Shown in pieces: positions 1 to 8,139 of a DNA stretch of 30,209 bases (position 1 is its first letter; each line of letters begins with the position of its first letter). Under the pieces are notes generated by a model. The model had not been told where the DNA came from and made no database searches. It was given only the letters and a program-made list of their open reading frames with translations. Both the position numbers and the translations under genes were made by a program. This DNA is from Deltaproteobacteria bacterium (GTDB taxonomy: Bacteria; Desulfobacterota; DAOWNY01): NCBI GenBank assembly GCA_030642325.1, contig DAOWNY010000001.1, positions 1 through 30,209 of the forward strand, in the 5' to 3' direction.

Positions 1-360
1 TATGCCGCCGGGTGTGTAGTCGTCTTTTCTTCTTCTTTTTTTTGATGCGGTATAGTTTGCAACAAGGGAGTCAACACATCCGCCCGATATTCCCCAGAAG
101 AGTTTCGGCTCACCCAGCCTTTTTATATCATCATCCGAGTTCATGTCCGGCTGGGCAATAATTGCAGCGCTAAAACCCGCTTTCAGGAGGACTTTTCCGA
201 TTACGGCAACACCGATATACGGACTGTCGATGTAACTGTCTCCGGTGACCAGTATGACATCCGGCCTTTCCCATCCAAGGGACTTTAATTCTTCTTCGGT
301 AGTTGGAAGAAAAGAGGCATTTTTGGCACGGATCAAATCAGCAGGATTAATTTTTTTCAT
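1..360 (-). CDS. YgiQ (UPF0313) family radical SAM protein, 5' part, runs off the window edge
   Basis: Manual translation of the minus strand from ATG 360 (alternative in-frame ATG at 408): MKKINPADLIRAKNASFLPTTEEELKSLGWERPDVILVTGDSYIDSPYIGVAVIGKVLLKAGFSAAIIAQPD...LFWGISGGCVDSLVANYTASKKRRRKDDYTPGG. This matches the YgiQ N-terminal motifs FLPTT, DVILVTGDxYxD and DSxVANYT. Absent from the ORF track because it is truncated. Confidence 0.9.
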   Translation of the reverse strand, partial: MKKINPADLIRAKNASFLPTTEEELKSLGWERPDVILVTGDSYIDSPYIGVAVIGKVLLKAGFSAAIIAQPDMNSDDDIKRLGEPKLFWGISGGCVDSLVANYTASKKRRRKDDYTPGGI

Positions 361-465
361 ATAATGTCCATACACTACCGGCACACTTGATAATAAAGGA
401 ACCTTCATTTTATTGACAGACAGGATTTGCAGGATGATCATGACATAAAAAATCATGTAAATTTT

Positions 466-709
466 TTCAAGCTGTGCAGTTAGCCTTTAGCAGTCAGCTA
501 TTAGCCAAAAAAATCACAGGCTGTTTTGCTATTACAAATTTTCACCCATTGGTGTTATTTCCTGCTTATGTAATACCTCAGTTTTTCAAAGCTAAACGCT
601 GATAGCTAATCGCTCAACTGAAGTGGAATTAGATCGGCAAATGTAACGAGATCAAACGGATGTTGAATGGTTTCATGCAAAAGCTAACACCTAACCGCAC
701 AGGTCGAAT
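466..709 (+). repeat. Intergenic repeat family A, copy 1 (heptamer-arm element with four-helix-bundle gene remnant)
   Basis: Homologous along its length to 2688-2941 and, in reverse complement, to 16463-16719. Imperfect terminal inverted repeat ttcaagctgtgcagttag / ctaaccgcacaggtcgaa (15/18). Confidence 0.9.
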
Positions 710-1229
710 TTTTTGATGGTTTTCACATGGGAAAGCTCTTAGGCATAAGGTCTCCTCGGTAATTTATCAAGTGGAAATGCAGAGCGCCGTTTTATCGAAA
801 ATTTCACTAGCGATTAGTCGTAAAGTATAGGGCGTTTACATCAATTATGCAACTGGTGAATCCAAATTTTGATTTCATCACTTTTTTCGGCCGGGATTAA
901 TATGGCGGCCATTAATGGAAAAGATCAACAAAATATTGAGGGACTACTTGTAAAAGGTTGGTTGATGTGTTAAAAATTTATTAGAAGGTAAAGATTGGCG
1001 TCCCTTAAAACTTCAAGACAACGGAGCGATCTTTACATGTCCGGCGGCTATATTTTTCAGACGGCTGCCCCCTGAATTCACTTAGATCTTTTCCGTTTTT
1101 TTGGCCGGGGATTTCCTTGTAAAAAGGAAACCTTCAAGTTTTTAATATTTTTTGATAGTTCAAGTTTCTTCCAACTGCAAATTCAAAACGCCTTTGGTTG
1201 ATCGAAATGTTTTTTGGCGTTTAATTTTT

Positions 1230-1422
1230 TGTATCCGTTCACAGACAGTTTACGGTTTGCAGTTAACTATTGGCAAGAATCCGGATCTAAGATGTAACCA
1301 TGAGTTTTTTTTTGAACAATTTAAAAGAATTTGCGAGCCCTAATCCCGAAATTGGAATCAATACCGAGCATGTTTTTTATCGTTTTCAAATTCATTTCAT
1401 TGAAAGACCGTGAACGGTTACA
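1230..1422 (+). repeat. Intergenic repeat family B, copy 1 (MITE-like, TGTA...TACA ends)
   Basis: Ends tgtatccgttcac / gtgaacggttaca (12/13 inverted repeat). Both ends are homologous to the reverse complement of 29935-30124 and to 21302-21475. Flanked by ATTTTT on both sides. Confidence 0.8.
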
Positions 1423-1553
1423 ATTTTTTTAGCAAGTGACTGTTTTTGGGAAAACACCTGATTTATAGTCTATTGTCTGATTTACCAAGGGGTTAACCCG
1501 CCTTATTGAGCTATACGTAATCATTAATATATAAAGGTAAAAGGGATAAAACC

Positions 1554-2162
1554 ATGCAAGTAAAGAAAAGGATGGCGGAAAAACTGATTACCGTGTCTAA
1601 AGACATGAGCATACCCGAGGCGATTGGTTTGATGAAAAAGTATTCCATCCGACATCTTCCGGTGGTTGATAACGATAGTCTGGTTGGGTTTATCACCGAG
1701 TCTGACATGAGGCAGGCCTACCTTGCTTCTCTTCTGGATGAAATGATCATCGATGATGTAATGATTAAAAATCCCATTACCATTGAACCGGATGCCGATC
1801 TTGAAGAAGCTGTGGAGCTGATATATCGCAATAAGATCGGCGGATTACCGGTAGTTAAAGATGGGAAAATAAAAGGAATTATCACGGTAGCGGATATTTT
1901 AGCGGTTTTTATTGAGATTATGGGAGTTTTAAAGTCGAGTTCCAGGATCGATGTTATCCTGGGAGAAAAACCCGAGGCCTTTGAGGAAGTTTCCCGCATA
2001 ATTAAGACCAATGGGGGGGAGATAATCAGTGTGGGGATGTCGAATTACCACCAGGGTAAATCAAAAAGAGTCTATTTTTTTAGATTGGAAAAATGTGAGG
2101 TGGAACCCATTGTTAAATCCCTGGAAGAAACTGGTTACCAGATAGTTTCAGTAATTAAATAG
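1554..2162 (+). CDS. CBS-domain pair plus C-terminal ACT-like domain protein (AcuB-like)
   Basis: Two CBS motifs (IRHLPVV; IGGLPVV...GIIT) followed by an ACT-like segment; 202 aa. Confidence 0.85.
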   Translation: MQVKKRMAEKLITVSKDMSIPEAIGLMKKYSIRHLPVVDNDSLVGFITESDMRQAYLASLLDEMIIDDVMIKNPITIEPDADLEEAVELIYRNKIGGLPVVKDGKIKGIITVADILAVFIEIMGVLKSSSRIDVILGEKPEAFEEVSRIIKTNGGEIISVGMSNYHQGKSKRVYFFRLEKCEVEPIVKSLEETGYQIVSVIK

Positions 2163-2199
2163 CCCTGATAATAGTTATTTGTTAACATTGAAAAACTAG

Positions 2200-2610
2200 A
2201 TGCGAAATGTCAAGATTAAAACTGAGGCGGGTTTCAAAAAATGTTTTGCCTGTGGGAGCGAAAATCCCATAGGGCTTAAACTCAATTTCCGCAAAGAGGG
2301 AGAAACGGCCATGGCCGAATTTTTTCCCGATCAATACCATCAGGGCTGGCCCGGGATTGTCCATGGGGGGTTAATATGCACCCTCTTGGATGAAGCAATG
2401 GGCTATGTTACTCGTTACCAGGGGGTAAAAACCATTACGGCTAAGATGGAAATTAAGTTTTCCAAGCCGGCAAGGTCCGATCAAAAACTATACATCATCG
2501 GTGAGATAACCCAAAAAAACAGAAAATTAGTAAAGACCCGGGGTCGCATAGAACTGGAAGACGGGTCGGTAGTGGCAGATGCCACGGCCCTTATGTATGT
2601 TTTTGCCTAA
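2200..2610 (+). CDS. PaaI family (hotdog-fold) thioesterase
   Basis: CFACGxxNPxGL N-terminus and HQGWPGIVHGGLICTLLDEAMG motif. Confidence 0.88.
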   Translation: MRNVKIKTEAGFKKCFACGSENPIGLKLNFRKEGETAMAEFFPDQYHQGWPGIVHGGLICTLLDEAMGYVTRYQGVKTITAKMEIKFSKPARSDQKLYIIGEITQKNRKLVKTRGRIELEDGSVVADATALMYVFA

Positions 2611-2617
2611 TTTTTTG

Positions 2618-2634
2618 TGCCCCGATAAGGGGCA
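2618..2634 (+). terminator. Possible weak terminator hairpin after the thioesterase gene
   Basis: tgcccc-gataa-ggggca, a 6-bp stem 8 nt after the stop codon. The downstream U-tract is poor. Confidence 0.3.
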
Positions 2635-2687
2635 TCGAGATTTTAGCCTGGAGATGACGGTATTTTTTTCATTCCTGTTTTTCATTC

Positions 2688-2941
2688 TGAGCGGTTAGCC
2701 TTTAGCAGTTAGCTATTAGCCAAAATGATCACAGGCTGTTTTGCTATTACAAGTTTTCACCCATTGGGTGTTATTTCAAGCTCCCGTAATACCTCGGTTG
2801 TTCAAAGCTAAACGTTTGTATGCTGATAGCTGATCGCTCAACTTAAGGTTGGAATTAAATCGGCAAATGTAACGAGATCAAGCGGATGTTGAATGGTTTC
2901 ATGCAAAACTAACACTTAAATAGCTAATACCTAGCCGCACA
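2688..2941 (+). repeat. Intergenic repeat family A, copy 2
   Basis: tgagcggttagcctttagcagttagctattagcc...ctagccgcaca, collinear with 473-701. Contains the NEIKRMLNGFMQ remnant at 2871-2912. Confidence 0.9.
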
Positions 2942-3048
2942 GGTCGATTTTTTTCGAAGTGAACAAAAAGGCCGACCTTCTTAATTTGTTGACAGTGAAT
3001 TGATAATCATGAAAATTACGATAAGTGAGGGTTTGAAAGGAGGAAAGC

Positions 3049-4032
3049 ATGTACTTTCCAGATTATCGTCCAAGGAGGCTTAGAAAAAACAAGGATTTCC
3101 GAAGGATGATCAGGGAGACTCAACTTTCAACTGATCATCTGGTCATGCCCCTTTTCACAGTCCATGGAAAAGGCATAAAAAAAGAGATCGGTTCAATGCC
3201 CGGCAATTATCAGCTGTCTGTTGATTACCTCGTCGGAAAGGCAAAGGAAATATTTAACCTGGGCATTCCGGCCGTCCTCTTATTCGGCATTCCTGAAAAA
3301 AAAGATGAATTTGGTTCGGAGGGTTATGCCGAGAACGGAATAATACAAACAGCGTTGAGATCTTTAAAGGAGGCTGTTCCTGATTTAATGGTCATAACCG
3401 ATGTCTGCCTTTGCGAATATACCAGTCATGGTCACTGCGGAATAGTTGTGGACGGGGAGGTGGACAATGATTCAACCCTGGAGGTCCTGGCAAATATGGC
3501 CCTTTCCCATGTGGAGGCAGGAGCGGATATGGTGGCCCCCTCGGATATGATGGATGGCCGGGTGGCGGAAATAAGAAAAATCCTTGACGAAAATGCATAT
3601 GACAACATTCCAATTATGTCTTATGCTGCCAAATATGCCTCCGGTTTTTATGGACCGTTTCGGGAAGCGGCCGAGTCTGCGCCCCAATTTGGCGACCGGC
3701 GTTCTTATCAGATGGATCCGGGAAATTCCGATGAGGCAATCAGGGAAGTACGATTAGACATTGAAGAGGGTGCGGATATTGTCATGATAAAACCGGCCGG
3801 TCATTACCTGGATATTATACTCAGGGTTAAACAGGAATTTCAGATGCCGGTGGCGGCCTACCAGGTGAGTGGAGAATTTGCCATGATCAAGGCGGCGGAA
3901 AAACTTGGGTGGATTGATGGAGAACGGCTGATGATGGAATCTCTTCTTTCTATTAAACGGGCGGGGGCGGATATTATCATCACTTATTTTGCCGAAGAGG
4001 CGACAAAGATATTAAATGCCGGGAGGGGTTAG
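3049..4032 (+). CDS. hemB: Porphobilinogen synthase (delta-aminolevulinic acid dehydratase)
   Basis: RPRRLR N-terminus, [14 protein letters not shown] zinc motif, [35 protein letters not shown] upstream. Confidence 0.98.
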   Translation: MYFPDYRPRRLRKNKDFRRMIRETQLSTDHLVMPLFTVHGKGIKKEIGSMPGNYQLSVDYLVGKAKEIFNLGIPAVLLFGIPEKKDEFGSEGYAENGIIQTALRSLKEAVPDLMVITDVCLCEYTSHGHCGIVVDGEVDNDSTLEVLANMALSHVEAGADMVAPSDMMDGRVAEIRKILDENAYDNIPIMSYAAKYASGFYGPFREAAESAPQFGDRRSYQMDPGNSDEAIREVRLDIEEGADIVMIKPAGHYLDIILRVKQEFQMPVAAYQVSGEFAMIKAAEKLGWIDGERLMMESLLSIKRAGADIIITYFAEEATKILNAGRG

Positions 4033-5094
4033 ATGATTAAGTCTGAATTGCGGATGATTGCCTGGGAGGTCACTCGTAGTTGTAACCTTTCTTGTGTCCA
4101 CTGTCGGGCATCTGCAGAGGAAGGACCCTATGAAAACGAACTCACCACTGGTGAATGTTTGGATCTTATAGATAATGTTGCTTCTTTCAGCAATCCCATC
4201 ATCATCCTTACCGGAGGTGAACCCCTTTTGAGGGAAGATATATTCGAGATCGCTTCCCATGGAAAAAAGAGGGGGATAAGAATGGTCATGGCGGTTAACG
4301 GCACACTGGTTAATGATGAAAATATCAAAAAAATGGTAGAGGCGGGGATCGCCAGGATCAGCATCAGCATCGATGGTGAAACCCCATCGGCCCATGATCA
4401 ATTTCGTCAAATGGAAGGGGCCTTTGCAGGGGCCATGAACGGCATAAAGTTTGCCAAAAAGGAGGGTATGGAATTTCAGATCAATACCACCATTACCCAG
4501 GATAATCTTAATCAGATCGAAGGGATTCTCAATTTGTCAATAAAACTGGGGGCGGTTGCCCACCATATCTTCCTTCTTGTCCCCACCGGTCGCGGGAAGG
4601 ACATGGTAGAAAAAAGTCTTTCTCCGGAAGATTATGAAAAGACGCTCTACTGGTTCTATAAACAGAGGGATAAGGTTCCTCTTCAACTAAAGGCAACCTG
4701 CGCCCCCCATTATTATCGAATTCTCCGGCAGGAGGCAAAGAAGGAAGGAAAAATAGTAACTCCCCGAACTTACGGTCTCGACGCAACCACACGGGGTTGC
4801 CTGGGGGGGATTTCTTTCTGTTTCATCTCCCATCGTGGCGATACCCAGCCCTGCGGATATTTAGAAGTCAATTGCGGTAATGTAAGAGAAAAAAGCCTGG
4901 AAGAAATCTGGAAGAAATCAAAAATATTTAATGAGTTAAGGGATATCTCCAGTTTAAAGGGAAAATGTGGAATCTGTGAATTCCGCATGGTTTGTGGTGG
5001 TTGTCGAGCCAGGGCGTATGAGGCTTGTGGGGATTATATGGCAGAAGAACCACTCTGTAGTTACCAACCCGTCCACAATCGGGACGAGGAGTAA
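4033..5094 (+). CDS. ahbD: Radical SAM/SPASM heme b synthase (AdoMet-dependent, alternative heme pathway)
   Basis: LRMIAWEVTRSCNLSCVHCRASA CxxxCxxC motif, LTGGEPLLR, LLVPTGRG, ATCAPH and C-terminal SPASM cysteines. The CRASA/ATCAPH pattern and adjacency to hemB favour AhbD over AhbC. Confidence 0.82.
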   Translation: MIKSELRMIAWEVTRSCNLSCVHCRASAEEGPYENELTTGECLDLIDNVASFSNPIIILTGGEPLLREDIFEIASHGKKRGIRMVMAVNGTLVNDENIKKMVEAGIARISISIDGETPSAHDQFRQMEGAFAGAMNGIKFAKKEGMEFQINTTITQDNLNQIEGILNLSIKLGAVAHHIFLLVPTGRGKDMVEKSLSPEDYEKTLYWFYKQRDKVPLQLKATCAPHYYRILRQEAKKEGKIVTPRTYGLDATTRGCLGGISFCFISHRGDTQPCGYLEVNCGNVREKSLEEIWKKSKIFNELRDISSLKGKCGICEFRMVCGGCRARAYEACGDYMAEEPLCSYQPVHNRDEE

Positions 5095-5200
5095 AGAATT
5101 CTGGCCCAGAGGACCAGGTTTCCCCATTTAAAATGAAATCAGTCCAAAGCTAACACAATACGAGGAATTTAAGGGTTAAAATTAGATACATTAAATTTGT

Positions 5201-5854
5201 TCAGGTTCTTTCCCCAAATATCCGGGTCCCTATTCTTACTATGTTTGCCCCCTCTTTGATGGCAATCAGGTAAGAGCTAGACATGCCCATCGATAGGTAT
5301 TTCATCTCCACTCCCTCAATTTTCCGGGATTTAATTGTTTCAAATAAGTTTTTGGTTTCTTTGAAGCAGGGCCTAGAATCTTCCGGGTTTCCTCCAAGGG
5401 GACCCATAGTCATAAGCCCCAGCACCTTTATATTTTTGAGAGAAGAGATGTCTTTGATCAAACTTTCCGCTTCTTCGGGCATAACTCCGTATTTCCGCTT
5501 CTCCCTTCCGCTGTTGATCTCGATCAATATCGGAATGACCTTACCTTCCAACCGGCACCTTTTGTCAACCTCTTTTGCCAGCCTTAAGGAATCTATGGTC
5601 TCAATTATATCAAATATTTTTACGGCATCTTTCACTTTGTTTGTTTGCAGGTGACCAATAAAGTGCCATTTCACTTTTTTCCCTACTATTGCAAAGGCAT
5701 CTTTTGCTTCCTGGAGGTAGTTTTCCCCGATAATCTCAATTCCCCCCGCAATTGCCTTCAGGATTTCCTCGGCACTCCTGGTTTTTGCCGCTGCTACCAA
5801 CTGAACCCCTTCCGGTAGCCCGCCCAATATTTTTTTTACATTTTCTTTAATCAT
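5201..5854 (-). CDS. yggS: YggS family pyridoxal phosphate-binding (PLP homeostasis) protein
   Basis: LVAAAKT, GENYLQE, WHFIGHLQTNK, GLMTM, LSMGMS, VRIGTRIFG motifs. Confidence 0.96.
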   Translation of the reverse strand: MIKENVKKILGGLPEGVQLVAAAKTRSAEEILKAIAGGIEIIGENYLQEAKDAFAIVGKKVKWHFIGHLQTNKVKDAVKIFDIIETIDSLRLAKEVDKRCRLEGKVIPILIEINSGREKRKYGVMPEEAESLIKDISSLKNIKVLGLMTMGPLGGNPEDSRPCFKETKNLFETIKSRKIEGVEMKYLSMGMSSSYLIAIKEGANIVRIGTRIFGERT

Positions 5855-5960
5855 ATTAATACTCGAATAAGAATAAATTAAACAATTTTATTGACAATAT
5901 CCATCCTTTATCCAAAAAATTATTCAGCCTATTTGTTTGAAGGCTTTTGAGAAAGGGGCG

Positions 5961-6644
5961 TCATATTTTACCTGTTTCTTTTAAGGTTTCTTTAAATACT
6001 TTGTAAAATTTATCATTATCCGCGATGGCATTGCTCAAGATCTTTTTTATGTTAGGGACATCTTCAGAACTAACAGTCAAGTTGACGCTTTGAGAAAAAG
6101 CTGCCATATTATCCATGGTGCGGTAATTATCTCCGATCAGAACGCAGAATAGATTCCTTCTGGTAGACATGGGCATGGGTTGGATGTAATTGAGAACCGG
6201 ATTGTTTGAAGAATTGCATCCCCCAAAAGCTTCGTTAATAATTATTAGATCATATCGGTTATATCTCATTTTGTCCAGAGCATTATCGGGGGTAGCGGCC
6301 ACATGGACATAATAGCCCAATTCGTCCAGAACAGCCTGTATCATCTCCTGATTTTTTGATACATCATCACAAGTTAGAGCTGTTTTGATTTCCTCCCCAA
6401 AAAAGAAGGATTTTGCCTCATCGATATCCGGAGCAGTAACAGGGGTCGCCGTATCCGGTCCGGTTAATTTTTTTTCCCGGGAAGTGCCCGGATCTGATTT
6501 ATCATCCGGCTGCCCTTGAGTTATGGTGTTTAAATAAATTTTATTTTTACACTTGGGGCAAACTACATTTAAAATCTTATTTTTAGGGAGTTTGTCGTCG
6601 GCAATTTTAAATTTAGCGGCACAAGCCTCACAAAAAATTTCCAT
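5961..6644 (-). CDS. Zinc-ribbon (CxxC...CxxC, MJ0042-like finger) protein with C-terminal atypical receiver-like domain
   Basis: N-terminus CEACAAKFKIADDKLP...VVCPKC, a low-complexity linker, then a REC-like fold (CDD...LDELGY.V..A...ALDKMRYNRYDLIIINE). Confidence 0.75.
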   Translation of the reverse strand: MEIFCEACAAKFKIADDKLPKNKILNVVCPKCKNKIYLNTITQGQPDDKSDPGTSREKKLTGPDTATPVTAPDIDEAKSFFFGEEIKTALTCDDVSKNQEMIQAVLDELGYYVHVAATPDNALDKMRYNRYDLIIINEAFGGCNSSNNPVLNYIQPMPMSTRRNLFCVLIGDNYRTMDNMAAFSQSVNLTVSSEDVPNIKKILSNAIADNDKFYKVFKETLKETGKI

Positions 6645-6718
6645 ATTTCTTACCTTATTTCTTAATAATTTTTTTATCCGGAAAAGGATAATTCACAATG
6701 CACCCGGGATTATCGGCA

Positions 6719-7918
6719 TCATCTCTTTTTAGCAAGCAAGTTTCCAAATTGATCGTATTCATCACCGTACGCTTCATCAATCTTCAGCCCTTCAATATCG
6801 GTGGTCTTTTCTCCCTTAGCACTCTTGATCTGGTCTATTCCCCGTCCCACAACTGACTTTTTAGAAGCATAAGCGACGCTGGTCTCTTCGCTAACCAATC
6901 CATTATGGTAAGCTGTGATAATATCCCGGTCAAAGGTTTTCATGCCAAAGGGTTCACTGACTTCCATTATTTCATAAAAGGTCTTTCCCTCGGATTCTCC
7001 ATGTTCAATTGATTCTTTTACCCGCAGGTTTGATCCCATAATTTCGAATACTGCCTTCCTTCCTCCCCCGATCTTGGGAAGTAGTCGCTGGGATACCACC
7101 CATCTTGTGGTATCTGCCAATCGCACTCTTATCTGTTTTTCCTCGTCAGTATCGAACATACCGATGATTCGGTTGATAGTTTGCCCGGCATCTACCGTGT
7201 GGAGGGTACTTAATACCAGATGACCTGTCTCCGCAGCCGCGAGTCCGATTTCCACCGTCTCCCGATCCCTCATTTCTCCCACCAGAATCACTTTTGGGGC
7301 CTGGCGGAGGGCAGCCCTGAGGCCGGTGGCAAAAGTGTCAAAATCTTTTCCCAGCTCCCGCTGATTAAAGGTAGCCTTATTGTGGTGATGAATGAATTCT
7401 ACCGGATCTTCAAGGGTAATGACGTGCACCGGTCTTTCCTTGTTGATTACATCGAGCATAGCTGCCAATGAAGTGGTTTTTCCCGAACCTGTAGCACCGG
7501 TTAACATAACAATTCCGTTTTTTTCCTGGGATATTTTATGAAATACCCGGGGTAGCTTGAGGCTCTCGATGGTGGGAATTTCAGTTGGCAACTTTCTCAT
7601 CACGAGGGAATAGAAGCTTCTTTGGGAAAAAACATTTACCCGGAACCTCGCTTCTCCGGTGAGATAATACGAAGAATCGCAGCTCCCTTCCCGGATTAAT
7701 ATCTCAGTAAGCCGCCGGTCGGAATTTATGAGATTGAGGGCAATCATTTCCGTTTGAAAGGGAGTCAATTCTTCAATTTTTTCGGAAATGGGAACCGGTA
7801 CCAGCTGACCGGAGGCTTCCACCTGGAGGGGTCTGCCCACGGTAAAATTTAGGTCCGATACCCCCTCATGGGCTTGGAGCATAGTGGTAAATATATAATC
7901 CATCTCCGATTTTCTCAT
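6719..7918 (-). CDS. PilT/PilU family type IV pilus ATPase (second paralog)
   Basis: Walker A GATGSGKTT, ITLEDPVE, ALRQAPKVILVGEMRD, TLHT. ATG at 7918 preferred to the GTG at 7924. Confidence 0.9.
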   Translation of the reverse strand: MRKSEMDYIFTTMLQAHEGVSDLNFTVGRPLQVEASGQLVPVPISEKIEELTPFQTEMIALNLINSDRRLTEILIREGSCDSSYYLTGEARFRVNVFSQRSFYSLVMRKLPTEIPTIESLKLPRVFHKISQEKNGIVMLTGATGSGKTTSLAAMLDVINKERPVHVITLEDPVEFIHHHNKATFNQRELGKDFDTFATGLRAALRQAPKVILVGEMRDRETVEIGLAAAETGHLVLSTLHTVDAGQTINRIIGMFDTDEEKQIRVRLADTTRWVVSQRLLPKIGGGRKAVFEIMGSNLRVKESIEHGESEGKTFYEIMEVSEPFGMKTFDRDIITAYHNGLVSEETSVAYASKKSVVGRGIDQIKSAKGEKTTDIEGLKIDEAYGDEYDQFGNLLAKKR

Positions 7919-8139
7919 GATCACCCCTAATTAGTATTAATTTTCGCTATTTTTTCTCATGATCCGCATTACTATCGGGATATAAAAAAAGAATGCAAAC
8001 AAAGAAACCATCTAAATTTTTTCCAGACTGTCGAACATTTTGCATGTGGTGAAACCCGGAAACCCGTGAACCGGGTAGATTGCAATCAAAGCACCGCAAA
8101 TGGTTACCTGGAAGAAGGATTTTAAAAAAACTGATCGCC

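Noticed and set aside
723-757. GAGGAG RBS followed by a 7-codon ORF (MPKSFPM) on the minus strand next to repeat A1
   Set aside because: Too short to support. It could be chance or the stump of a lost gene, and I cannot distinguish these.
920-960. gagggact motif reminiscent of a SAM-I riboswitch
   Set aside because: Lacks the ATCxAGAG, GGCCC and GCAACC elements and the P1 pairing.
1152-1343. 63-aa ORF in the track
   Set aside because: TTG start, overlaps repeat B1, no recognisable motif or RBS.
2715-2801. Short ORF MITGCFAITSFHPLGVISSSRNTSVVQS inside repeat A2 (approximate coordinates)
   Set aside because: The ATG and reading frame are not preserved in copies A1 and A3.
2999-3017. Fur-box-like attgataatcat upstream of hemB
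   Set aside because: Only a half site; the right half is not palindromic.
5891-5920. Perfect TTGACA on the plus strand between yggS and the zinc-ribbon gene
   Set aside because: No properly spaced -10 element, and it points antisense to the local genes.
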